Assembly: GCA_036388065.1 (NCBI GenBank)
Contig: DASVSP010000061.1
Span: forward strand, 7,703-71,702
Direction of reading: 5' to 3'
Length of the DNA: 64,000 nt
Origin: Allosphingosinicella sp.
GTDB taxonomy: Bacteria; Pseudomonadota; Alphaproteobacteria; Sphingomonadales; Sphingomonadaceae
The position numbers were made by a program, and so were the translations under genes. This document shows, piece after piece, positions 29,323 to 36,687 of this stretch; within the stretch, counting starts at the first letter, position 1; the number at the start of each line of letters is the position of its first letter. The notes under the pieces are model-generated. The model was not told where the DNA came from. It ran no database searches and was given only the letters and a program-made list of their open reading frames with translations.

Positions 29323-30426
29323 TCAGCCGAGGCCGCGGGCAAGGAGTGGGCCTATTCGGTTGGCGACCCGAAGAGGCAGCCTGCGCCAGGCCGCCGTCTG
29401 AAGCCGGTAACGGGCGCTGTTGGGGTTCAGGTCGCGGTGGGCCCCCTTCGTCGCATAGGCGAGAGGGCGCGGCGCGAACCCCCAGTTCTTCTTGAACGCG
29501 AAGGCTCCGGTCCCGACCTTGGAGCGGCCGAAATCGAAGCCGGTGCAGCCGCGCTCGGCCGAGCGGCGCATCAGCGAGTAATAAAGGAGGTCGTTGGCCC
29601 GCAGGCGCCGGGCCTGGCTGGTTCCTCCGCCCCAATAGGGATGGACGATGCCCTTGAAATAGAGGCTTAGCACCGAGGCGACCGGACTGTCGCCGGCCCG
29701 GACCGTGAGGATTTCGCAATCCTCGCCCCATTCTCGGGCCATGGCCTCGAACAGGGTCCGCGGGAAGACCGGGGTGCCGAGGTTGCGCACGCTTTCGGAA
29801 TAGACTCGGTAATGGTCGTCGAGCGCCCGCCGGTCCCGGCCCTCGCTCGATTCGAGCCCGAGGGAGAGCGAGCGCCGCACCTCGGCGCGCTGCTTGCGCG
29901 GAATGGACAAAAGGATCGCCTCCTCGCTGCCGGGCAGCTCGCGCAGGAAGCCGGCATAGATTCCTTCCTCCCGGTTCCAGCATTCCGGAAGCCGGCCGCC
30001 CCGGAGGGTGACCGAGGGGCACCCCTCGCGCCCGGCAAGCGACCAGGCGGCGGCGGCGAGCGCCTCGACCGCCATCCCGGTGCCGGCGAGGATTCCGCCG
30101 CCGACTCCGAAGCCGGTCGAGACCAGAGCCGAGCCGAAGACGGGCGAGCGGATCCGGGTCAGCGGAAGCAGCCCGGTAAGCCGCCCGGCGGAGTCCTCGG
30201 CGACGAGATAGCGGCCCGCCTGGCCCGTCCCGAGTTCGACCCCCCTCGTCCAGGCGGGCCGATGGAAGAGCTCGGAGTCGGGATGGTCGGCGACGAAGGA
30301 ATCGATCCGCCGGCACTCGCTCGGGTCCCGCAGGTCCGCGAGCCGGACGCTGAACCCGCCGAAATGGGCGACGATGTTGAGCAGCTCGCAACAGAGCTGC
30401 AGGTCGAGCAGGATTGCAGCCAGCAT
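29323..30426 (-). CDS. FemAB-family XrtA/PEP-CTERM system-associated protein; start uncertain
   Basis: FHRPAW, SVRNLGTPVFP, YWGGG, FDFGRSK..TG...FKKNWG. Confidence 0.87.
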   Translation of the reverse strand: MLAAILLDLQLCCELLNIVAHFGGFSVRLADLRDPSECRRIDSFVADHPDSELFHRPAWTRGVELGTGQAGRYLVAEDSAGRLTGLLPLTRIRSPVFGSALVSTGFGVGGGILAGTGMAVEALAAAAWSLAGREGCPSVTLRGGRLPECWNREEGIYAGFLRELPGSEEAILLSIPRKQRAEVRRSLSLGLESSEGRDRRALDDHYRVYSESVRNLGTPVFPRTLFEAMAREWGEDCEILTVRAGDSPVASVLSLYFKGIVHPYWGGGTSQARRLRANDLLYYSLMRRSAERGCTGFDFGRSKVGTGAFAFKKNWGFAPRPLAYATKGAHRDLNPNSARYRLQTAAWRRLPLRVANRIGPLLARGLG

Positions 30427-30525
30427 GGTTCGGCCTCCTTCCCGGATCGCGGTGGCGAGGCTCGAAGCGTTAAGTCGGGCCCGAGCGCCGGGACAAGCGG
30501 CGGAAAATGACTGTCCCGATTTGAT

Positions 30526-30897
30526 TCAGCCGCCGCGCCGGGGCTTGCCGACCGAGTCGCGCAGATAAGCGGCGCGCGCTTCCAGCTCGGCGCGCTCGGA
30601 GGGCGACAGGCCGTCGCGGCCGAAGCGGCGGGCGAGCCGGCCGATCGCCCGGGCCTCGCGCTCGAGGCGCCGGGCGTCCCGCCCGGAGAGCCTGCCCGAC
30701 TCGCGGGCACGGTCGATCCGCTTGTCGATGTCGCGCAATTCCCTTCCGACCCCCGGGCCGGGCAGCCGGCTGTCCTCGAGGAAGGGGCTCGACGGAGGCA
30801 CCCGGCCGTAATCGCGCTTGCCGGCGATTTGGGCGGGCAGGGGGGCGCCGGCGGCACAGGCCAGAAGAATGAAAGCGGATAGGCGGAGGGTGCGCAT
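30526..30897 (-). CDS. Secreted helical hypothetical protein
   Basis: Signal peptide MRTLRLSAFILLACAAG; RIDRARESGRLS...GLSPSER. Confidence 0.7.
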   Translation of the reverse strand: MRTLRLSAFILLACAAGAPLPAQIAGKRDYGRVPPSSPFLEDSRLPGPGVGRELRDIDKRIDRARESGRLSGRDARRLEREARAIGRLARRFGRDGLSPSERAELEARAAYLRDSVGKPRRGG

Positions 30898-31007
30898 CTC
30901 AACGCTCCTGATCGAGGCGTGAAGGGGCCCCGATTTTTCGTTACGAAAGCTGAACGACAGCCGAACCACGGCGAGACCGGCGCTGGGCCCTTCGCGCAGC
31001 TGGCCGC

Positions 31008-32834
31008 TCAGGCCGAGTCGCCGGCCGCGAGCGCCTGGTCCCGAAGCTCTCCACGCTCCGCAGCGCGCTTCTGGCGGCGCCACATCGCGGCGTAGAGGCC
31101 GCCGCGGGCAAGCAGCTCATGATGGCGGCCCCGCTCCGCGACTTCGCCGCCGGCGAGCACGAGTATCTCGTCCGAATCGACGATCGTCGAGAGGCGGTGG
31201 GCGATGACGAGCACCGTTCGTTCGGCGGAGATGGAGTGGAGGCTCTCCTGGATCTCCCGCTCGGTCTGGCTGTCGAGGGCGCTGGTCGCCTCGTCGAAGA
31301 CGAGGATCGCGGGATCCTTCAGGACGACCCGGGCGATCGCCACCCGCTGCTTCTCGCCTCCCGACAGCTTCAGCCCGCGCTCGCCCACTCTCGTCTCGTA
31401 ACCGTCGGGAAGCGTGAGGATGAAGTCGTGGATGCTGGCGGCCCGAGCCGCGGCTTCGATCTCCCGGGCCGTCGCGCCCGGGCGGGCGTAGCCGATATTG
31501 TAGCCGATCGTGTCGTTGAACAGGACCGTGTCCTGCGGCACCATTCCGATCGCCCGGCGAAGGCTCTTCTGCGACACCTCGCGCAGATCCTGGCCGTCGA
31601 TGCGTATGGCGCCGCCCCGGACGTCGTAAAAGCGGAACAGGAGGCGCGCGAGCGTGGACTTGCCGCCGCCGCTATGGCCGACGATCGCCACCGTCTTCCC
31701 GGCCGGAACGTCGAACGACACATCTTTCAGGATGGGCCGGCGCGGATCGTAGGCGAAAGTGACGGCGTCGAACGAGACTTCGCCGCCGGTGACCACCAGG
31801 TCGGGTGAGCCCGGCGCATCCGTCACGTCCGGCTGCACCTCGAGCAGCTGGACCAACGACTCGACGTCGGTGATCGATTGCCTCGTTCCGCTGTAGCTCG
31901 ACGCGAGCATTCCGAGCGGCACGTAGAGCTGGAGCAGATAGGCGTTGACCAGAACGAAATCGCCGACCGTCATCGTGCCGGCGGCGACCTCGCGGCCGGC
32001 CATGACCATGACCGCGATCATCCCGGCGGCGATGATCGCCGCCTGGCCGGCGGCGGACAGAGCCTCGACCCTTTCGGCGCGGACCGCGGCCTCCTCGTAG
32101 GCGCGCTTGGCCTGCTCGTAACGTTGCGCTTCGTTCGCCTCGGCGCCGAAATATTTCACCGTCTCATAGTTGAGAATGCTGTCGACGGCGATCGAGATCG
32201 CCGCCACGTCGCACGTGTTGCGGTAGCGCCTTGCGCGGATCTGCCGGCCTGTTGCGGCGATGGTCAGGCCGGCATAGCAAAGCACGGTGGCAAGCACCGC
32301 GACCGCGAAGTCCGCGCTGTAGAAGCCCCACAGGATGGCCGAGACCAGCACCAGCTCCAGAAACGTCGGAACGACGTTGAACAGCATGAGCTCGAGCAGA
32401 AACTCGATTCCGGAGACTCCGCGGTCCACGACCCGGGCGAGGCCGCCGGTCTGCCGATCGAGGTGGACTCGGAGCGACAGCGAATGGATGTGGTTGAACA
32501 TCTGGAGCGCGGTCGACCGGATCGCGCGCTGGGCCACCCTGATGAAGACCAGGCTTCGAACCGCCTCGACCAGCTGCCCGCCGACCTGGGCCACCCCGTA
32601 AGCGAGGATCAGGGCGATCGGGATCGCGGCGAGCGCCGGACCGGACAGTGAGTCGATGATCTGCTTGTAGAGAAAGGGCGCCGCGACCGCGACCAGCTTG
32701 GCCGCGAAGATCAGCGCGACCGAGACGACGACTCGCACCTTCATGCCCGCCTCGCCGCTCGGCCACATCAGCGCCAGCAACTGGCTCAGCGCCCACCGGG
32801 CGGGCGATTGGGGGATGGATTTCGGGTCGTTCAT
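31008..32834 (-). CDS. ABC transporter ATP-binding/permease (ATM1-like half transporter, no C39 peptidase domain)
   Basis: TM domain plus GHSGGGKST, LSGGEKQR, DEATSALD; divergent from the precursor array. Confidence 0.93.
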   Translation of the reverse strand: MNDPKSIPQSPARWALSQLLALMWPSGEAGMKVRVVVSVALIFAAKLVAVAAPFLYKQIIDSLSGPALAAIPIALILAYGVAQVGGQLVEAVRSLVFIRVAQRAIRSTALQMFNHIHSLSLRVHLDRQTGGLARVVDRGVSGIEFLLELMLFNVVPTFLELVLVSAILWGFYSADFAVAVLATVLCYAGLTIAATGRQIRARRYRNTCDVAAISIAVDSILNYETVKYFGAEANEAQRYEQAKRAYEEAAVRAERVEALSAAGQAAIIAAGMIAVMVMAGREVAAGTMTVGDFVLVNAYLLQLYVPLGMLASSYSGTRQSITDVESLVQLLEVQPDVTDAPGSPDLVVTGGEVSFDAVTFAYDPRRPILKDVSFDVPAGKTVAIVGHSGGGKSTLARLLFRFYDVRGGAIRIDGQDLREVSQKSLRRAIGMVPQDTVLFNDTIGYNIGYARPGATAREIEAAARAASIHDFILTLPDGYETRVGERGLKLSGGEKQRVAIARVVLKDPAILVFDEATSALDSQTEREIQESLHSISAERTVLVIAHRLSTIVDSDEILVLAGGEVAERGRHHELLARGGLYAAMWRRQKRAAERGELRDQALAAGDSA

Positions 32835-33004
32835 CCGTTTCGGACCAAAGGCTCCGGCGCCGGCGAAGCGCAATTGGAAGCCCGGATCATGTAATTCGCC
32901 TCGGGCACGGGTCGGCGCACCGCAGTCAGGGGAAAGAATACGCCGATAGGGTTGAAGACACTGAGCACCGGTGTCAGCCTTGGTTTCGGTGAAGCTCCGA
33001 GTCG

Positions 33005-33037
33005 CCGGATGTAATTATATCCGGAAGCGGATATAAT
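33005..33037. promoter_or_regulatory. Palindromic operator and TATAAT -10 box upstream of the precursor array
   Basis: CCGGATGTAATTATATCCGG (20-bp, 1 mismatch) then CGGATATAAT. Confidence 0.6.
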
Positions 33038-33059
33038 ACGCAACTTAGGAGAAGTAGAG

Positions 33060-33221
33060 ATGGAAAGAAAGACCTTTGCGTTTAAGCTGGCGGACAAGGC
33101 CGCGAACAGGACGTCGAAATGGAAGGCGCGCGACGGAGTCTCCATTGCGGGATGCAGCGAGCGTTCCGAAGGGGATTATCGCGATTACGTCAGAGGGGGT
33201 GATAACGGCTACCATTGCTAA
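33060..33221 (+). CDS. RiPP precursor peptide A1 (53 aa)
   Basis: MERKTFAFKLADKAANRTSKWKARDGVSIAG-CSERSEGDYRDYVRGGDNGYHC*; AGGAG RBS. Confidence 0.93.
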   Translation: MERKTFAFKLADKAANRTSKWKARDGVSIAGCSERSEGDYRDYVRGGDNGYHC

Positions 33222-33326
33222 CAGGTAGCTTGAGAGCTCCGACGGAAGTCGGACTCCCCCTCCGGGCGAGTCGAAGGGCGGATTTGATCCAATGCGGATG
33301 AAACTGCCACAGCAGGAGAAGTAGAG

Positions 33327-33491
33327 ATGGAAAAGAAGACCTTTGCGTTCAAGCTGGCCGACAGGGCCGCGAACGGCGCCTCCAAATGGAGGACTCGCGA
33401 CGGCGTTGCTGTCGCCGGATGCACCGACGTCACCGGAGACGGAGATTTGCGCTACAAGCTCAGGCTGGGTGACAACGGAGAGTATTGCTAG
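33327..33491 (+). CDS. RiPP precursor peptide A2 (54 aa)
   Basis: MEKKTFAFKLADRAANGASKWRTRDGVAVAG-CTDVTGDGDLRYKLRLGDNGEYC*; AGGAG RBS. Confidence 0.93.
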   Translation: MEKKTFAFKLADRAANGASKWRTRDGVAVAGCTDVTGDGDLRYKLRLGDNGEYC

Positions 33492-33596
33492 CAGCAGAAC
33501 GTCCTGGAGCCCTCGACTAAAAATCGGGGGCTCCTCGGGTGTCCTTGTCACCCGATCACGTACGAACCGCATAATTTATTGAGCCCGGAGGATAAG

Positions 33597-33758
33597 ATGC
33601 AAAAGAAGACCTTTGCTTTCAAATTGGCCGACAAAAACGCGAACGCCGTTTCCAAATGGAGTGCGCGCGACGGAGTTCCGCTCGCGGGCTGCACTGAAGT
33701 CAGGCTTGGCAATTATCGCGAGTCGAGCAGGTTCGGAGACAACGGCGTTTATTGCTAG
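33597..33758 (+). CDS. RiPP precursor peptide A3 (53 aa)
   Basis: MQKKTFAFKLADKNANAVSKWSARDGVPLAG-CTEVRLGNYRESSRFGDNGVYC*; GGAGG RBS. Confidence 0.93.
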   Translation: MQKKTFAFKLADKNANAVSKWSARDGVPLAGCTEVRLGNYRESSRFGDNGVYC

Positions 33759-33852
33759 ACTCTACTGACCCCGGAGCGACGCTGGCACTGTAGCTGTCCA
33801 ATGAGCCGCAGCAGCTAATGTCGCTCCGATTTACAAACCGTGGAGAATTAAA

Positions 33853-34014
33853 ATGGAAAAGAAGACTTTTGCATTCAAGCTGTCCGACAAGGCCGCCAGG
33901 GGCGCTTCCAAATGGACGGCCCGCGACGGAATCTCGCTCGCCGGCTGCAGCAACGTCGGCGACTACAATTATCGCGCTAGCCGCTTAAGAGGCGACGACG
34001 GGATATATTGCTAG
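33853..34014 (+). CDS. RiPP precursor peptide A4 (53 aa)
   Basis: MEKKTFAFKLSDKAARGASKWTARDGISLAG-CSNVGDYNYRASRLRGDDGIYC*; GGAG RBS. Confidence 0.93.
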   Translation: MEKKTFAFKLSDKAARGASKWTARDGISLAGCSNVGDYNYRASRLRGDDGIYC

Positions 34015-34135
34015 GATCGCTACGTCGCGGAGTCTCCGGCTCAGGCCGGGGGCTCCTTGGCCCGGTCGACCCCGAGACGGTGCGGTCGGTTACCGAAATC
34101 TGACCGAACTCTGAAAAGAATGGCCAGCAAAGGAG

Positions 34136-34285
34136 ATGGAAATGAGGACTTTTGCCTTCAAGCTCGCCGGCAAGACAGCCGGAACCGATTCCAAATGGAT
34201 GGCGCGCGACGGCGTTTCTCTCGCCGCCTGCACTTATGTCGGCGACGGTCAGTATCGTTGGAGAGACAACGGCTACTATTGCTGA
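34136..34285 (+). CDS. RiPP precursor peptide A5 (49 aa; 47 aa if started at ATG 34142, which has better RBS spacing)
   Basis: MEMRTFAFKLAGKTAGTDSKWMARDGVSLAA-CTYVGDGQYRWRDNGYYC*. Confidence 0.92.
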   Translation: MEMRTFAFKLAGKTAGTDSKWMARDGVSLAACTYVGDGQYRWRDNGYYC

Positions 34286-34298
34286 CGGCGGAGCGCAG

Positions 34299-35300
34299 GT
34301 GTCAAAGCGCGTTCTGATCGTCACCAACAGCGACGATCTTCACGCCGACCTGGTGGCGGCCCGGATCGAGTCCGAGGGCGGGGCCGCCTTTCGGCTCGAT
34401 CTCGACGAATATCCCGCCGGCTTCGAAATCGGCTTCGGCTTTTCCGGCGGCCGCTGGGACGGCTCGCTCGTCCGGACGGCGGGCGGGGAGTCGCTCGCGT
34501 TGCAGGACGTCGGAGCGGTCTGGATGCGCAAGCGCGCGTCCTTCCGCTACCGTTCCGACGGCATGGGCGCGCACGAGAAGGCGCATGCCGACGCCGAAAC
34601 CGACCACATGCTGCTGGGCATTCTTCGGTCGCTCGATTGCCGGTGGATGAGCCATCCCGACGCCGTGCGCGGATCGCACTGGAAGCCCGAGCAGCTTCGG
34701 CGCGCGGCGCGAATGGGCTTTGCCGTTCCGGAATCGCTGATGACCAATATCCGTGCGGAAGTGGACCGGTTTTCCGCCACGGCCGAACATGGCATCGTCT
34801 TCAAGCTGCTCTCCTCGATGCTCGACGCGGCCGACTCGGTCGGTCCGCAGGAAGAGCTGGCGCGGGGGGTCCCGACCACCCTGATCGGCCCGGAGCATGA
34901 GGATATGCTCGATTCGGTGGCGGAGCTGCCCTGCTTCTTCCAGCATTATGTTCCAAAGCGCCACGAGCTTCGGGTGACGGTCATCGGCGGATCCGTGTAC
35001 GCCGCCCGGATCCATTCGCAGGACGATCCTCGGACGACGACGGACTGGCGCGACATGTCGGCGGAGATCCGCTACGAGGCCGAGACCCTTCCACCCGAAG
35101 TGGCGAGGCGCTGCCTCGACTTCGTCCACAGCTACGGCCTGACCTTCGGCGCCATCGACCTCGTCGTGACTCCGTCCGGCGACCACGTTTTCCTGGAAAA
35201 CAACCCCGTCGGCCAGTTCCTCTTCGTCGAGCAGCTGGTTCCCGAGCTGGACATGACCGGGGCCGTCGCCCGGTGGCTCGTCGACTCCGCCCGTTCGTGA
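34299..35300 (+). CDS. MvdC/MvdD-family ATP-grasp ligase (graspetide synthetase)
   Basis: GTG start after GGAG, 13 nt after A5; VLIVTNSDDLHAD, KPEQL..A...G..VP...MTN, FQHYVPKRHELRVTVIG, DWR, FGAIDL, FLENNPVGQF. Confidence 0.9.
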   Translation: MSKRVLIVTNSDDLHADLVAARIESEGGAAFRLDLDEYPAGFEIGFGFSGGRWDGSLVRTAGGESLALQDVGAVWMRKRASFRYRSDGMGAHEKAHADAETDHMLLGILRSLDCRWMSHPDAVRGSHWKPEQLRRAARMGFAVPESLMTNIRAEVDRFSATAEHGIVFKLLSSMLDAADSVGPQEELARGVPTTLIGPEHEDMLDSVAELPCFFQHYVPKRHELRVTVIGGSVYAARIHSQDDPRTTTDWRDMSAEIRYEAETLPPEVARRCLDFVHSYGLTFGAIDLVVTPSGDHVFLENNPVGQFLFVEQLVPELDMTGAVARWLVDSARS

Positions 35301-35311
35301 CTCGAGGCCGA

Positions 35312-36184
35312 ATGAACCTTCACCACCACATCGTCGATATCGAACGCCGGCGGCGCAGCCGGCTTCTCGTTTTCGCGGCTTCGAACCTGGAGACGGATCT
35401 GCTTCCCGCACTGTACGACACGTTGCGGGAAATCGGACGCACCGAGCGTCTCGACGTCCTGCTCCACTGCCACGGCGGCGAAGTGACCGCGGCGAGGGCC
35501 ATCGCCCTGCTTCTCCACCAGTTCACCGACCATCTCGCCTTCATCGTCCCGGAGCGGTGCACCTCCTCGGGAACGATCCTCGCGCTCTCGGGCCACGAGA
35601 TCGTCGCCGGGCCGGCCGCTTTGTTCTCGCCGGTCGATCCCCTGCTGCAGGGTCCCACGTCCGGGGCGGACGATCCGCTCGGGTCGATTTCGGCACAGGA
35701 CGTGCGGCTGTTCGGAGTCATGAGCCGGGATTGGTTCGGTCTTCCCGAGGGCGAAGCCGGGCCCAAAGCTCTCTCGGTTCTGTGCGACAACGTCTTCCCG
35801 ACGACCCTGACCTCTTTCTACCGCTCCACGCTCGAGGTCGAGGCCGTCTGCCTCGAATTGCTTTCGCTGCACATGGGCGCAGGCTCGGCGGCGGAGAAAA
35901 AGACGATCGTCGACAGCCTCCTCTACGGCCATCATTCGCACGGCTTCGCGCTGATGCGCGGCGACCTGGCCGCCCTCGGGCTGCCGCTCCGGGGCGACCC
36001 GGAAACCGAAGACATTGCGTGGGAAGTGGCGCGGACGGTCCGCCAGTCCGTCGGGGGCAGCTCGCGGCGGGCAGCGGAGGACGACTGGACCGACGTTCTG
36101 CTCGCGACCCGCTCGGCTTCCCGTCGCCGGCGGCGAAGCCGGGAGGGCATCGGTCCGGCCTGGGAAAGCGGCGAGATCGAATGA
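35312..36184 (+). CDS. SDH-family (ClpP/S49-fold) serine proteinase; alternative start GTG 35297 overlapping the ligase stop
   Basis: DVLLHCHGG, VPERCTSSGTILAL, SPVDP, SHGFAL.R.DL..LGL. Confidence 0.82.
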   Translation: MNLHHHIVDIERRRRSRLLVFAASNLETDLLPALYDTLREIGRTERLDVLLHCHGGEVTAARAIALLLHQFTDHLAFIVPERCTSSGTILALSGHEIVAGPAALFSPVDPLLQGPTSGADDPLGSISAQDVRLFGVMSRDWFGLPEGEAGPKALSVLCDNVFPTTLTSFYRSTLEVEAVCLELLSLHMGAGSAAEKKTIVDSLLYGHHSHGFALMRGDLAALGLPLRGDPETEDIAWEVARTVRQSVGGSSRRAAEDDWTDVLLATRSASRRRRRSREGIGPAWESGEIE

Positions 36185-36687
36185 CGAGCCTGGCCGCGTT
36201 TTCGGGCGAGGCGTGCCGGCTCTACGTGATGGTCGCCCTTGCCGCCGCCGTTGCCGGCAAGTCGATGGCGATCGACGATTTCAGGGACACGCTTCTCGAC
36301 CTGCCGGGACTGTCGCCGCGCAATTCCGGTGCCGCGGCGCTTGCGGTGATCGGCAGCGAGGCCGTGATCCTGGGCTGGGCGGCGGTCGCGCCGCGGACCG
36401 GAATGGTCGCGGCCCTGGCGGCCTTCGCGCTGATGTCGAGCGCGATCCTTGCCGCCCTTCTCACGGGCCGGCCGCTGATGTGCAATTGCTTCGGGGGACG
36501 GGCACGGCCGGTCTCCTGGCTGGACCTGGTCCGCAACCTGGCGCTGATCGGCGCCTGCGCGTCCTTCCTTCTGGCGCCGCCCTTGGGCGCGCCCGGCCTT
36601 GCAGGATGGCTGCTGCTCCTCGGCCTGGCGTTCATCGCCTTCCTGGTTTCGGCCAACCTCGACGAGATCGCGGCGCCGGCCCGCTGA
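36181..36687 (+). CDS. MauE/DoxX-family redox membrane protein
   Basis: ATGA overlap with protease stop; 4-5 TM; CNCFG motif then VSWLDLVRN. Confidence 0.87.
   Translation: MTSLAAFSGEACRLYVMVALAAAVAGKSMAIDDFRDTLLDLPGLSPRNSGAAALAVIGSEAVILGWAAVAPRTGMVAALAAFALMSSAILAALLTGRPLMCNCFGGRARPVSWLDLVRNLALIGACASFLLAPPLGAPGLAGWLLLLGLAFIAFLVSANLDEIAAPAR

Noticed and set aside
33988-33996. RGD integrin-binding motif in the A4 core
   Set aside because: Present in only one of five paralogues, and that Asp is the predicted ester acceptor; likely chance.
33045-34290. CRISPR-like array (repeated AAGACCTTTGC.TTCAAGCTG blocks every ~260 bp)
   Set aside because: The repeats are codon-degenerate leader-coding sequence with RBS and stop codons; the period is too long and there are no cas genes.
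34152-34298. N-terminal 49 aa of the 382-aa ATP-grasp ORF
   Set aside because: Overlaps precursor A5; the family N-terminus and RBS point to GTG 34299.
32831-34327. ORF-track ORFs 32831-33145(-), 33045-33572(-), 33218-33433(-), 33343-33582(+), 33977-34327(-), 34057-34317(+)
   Set aside because: Antisense or off-frame shadows of the five precursor genes.
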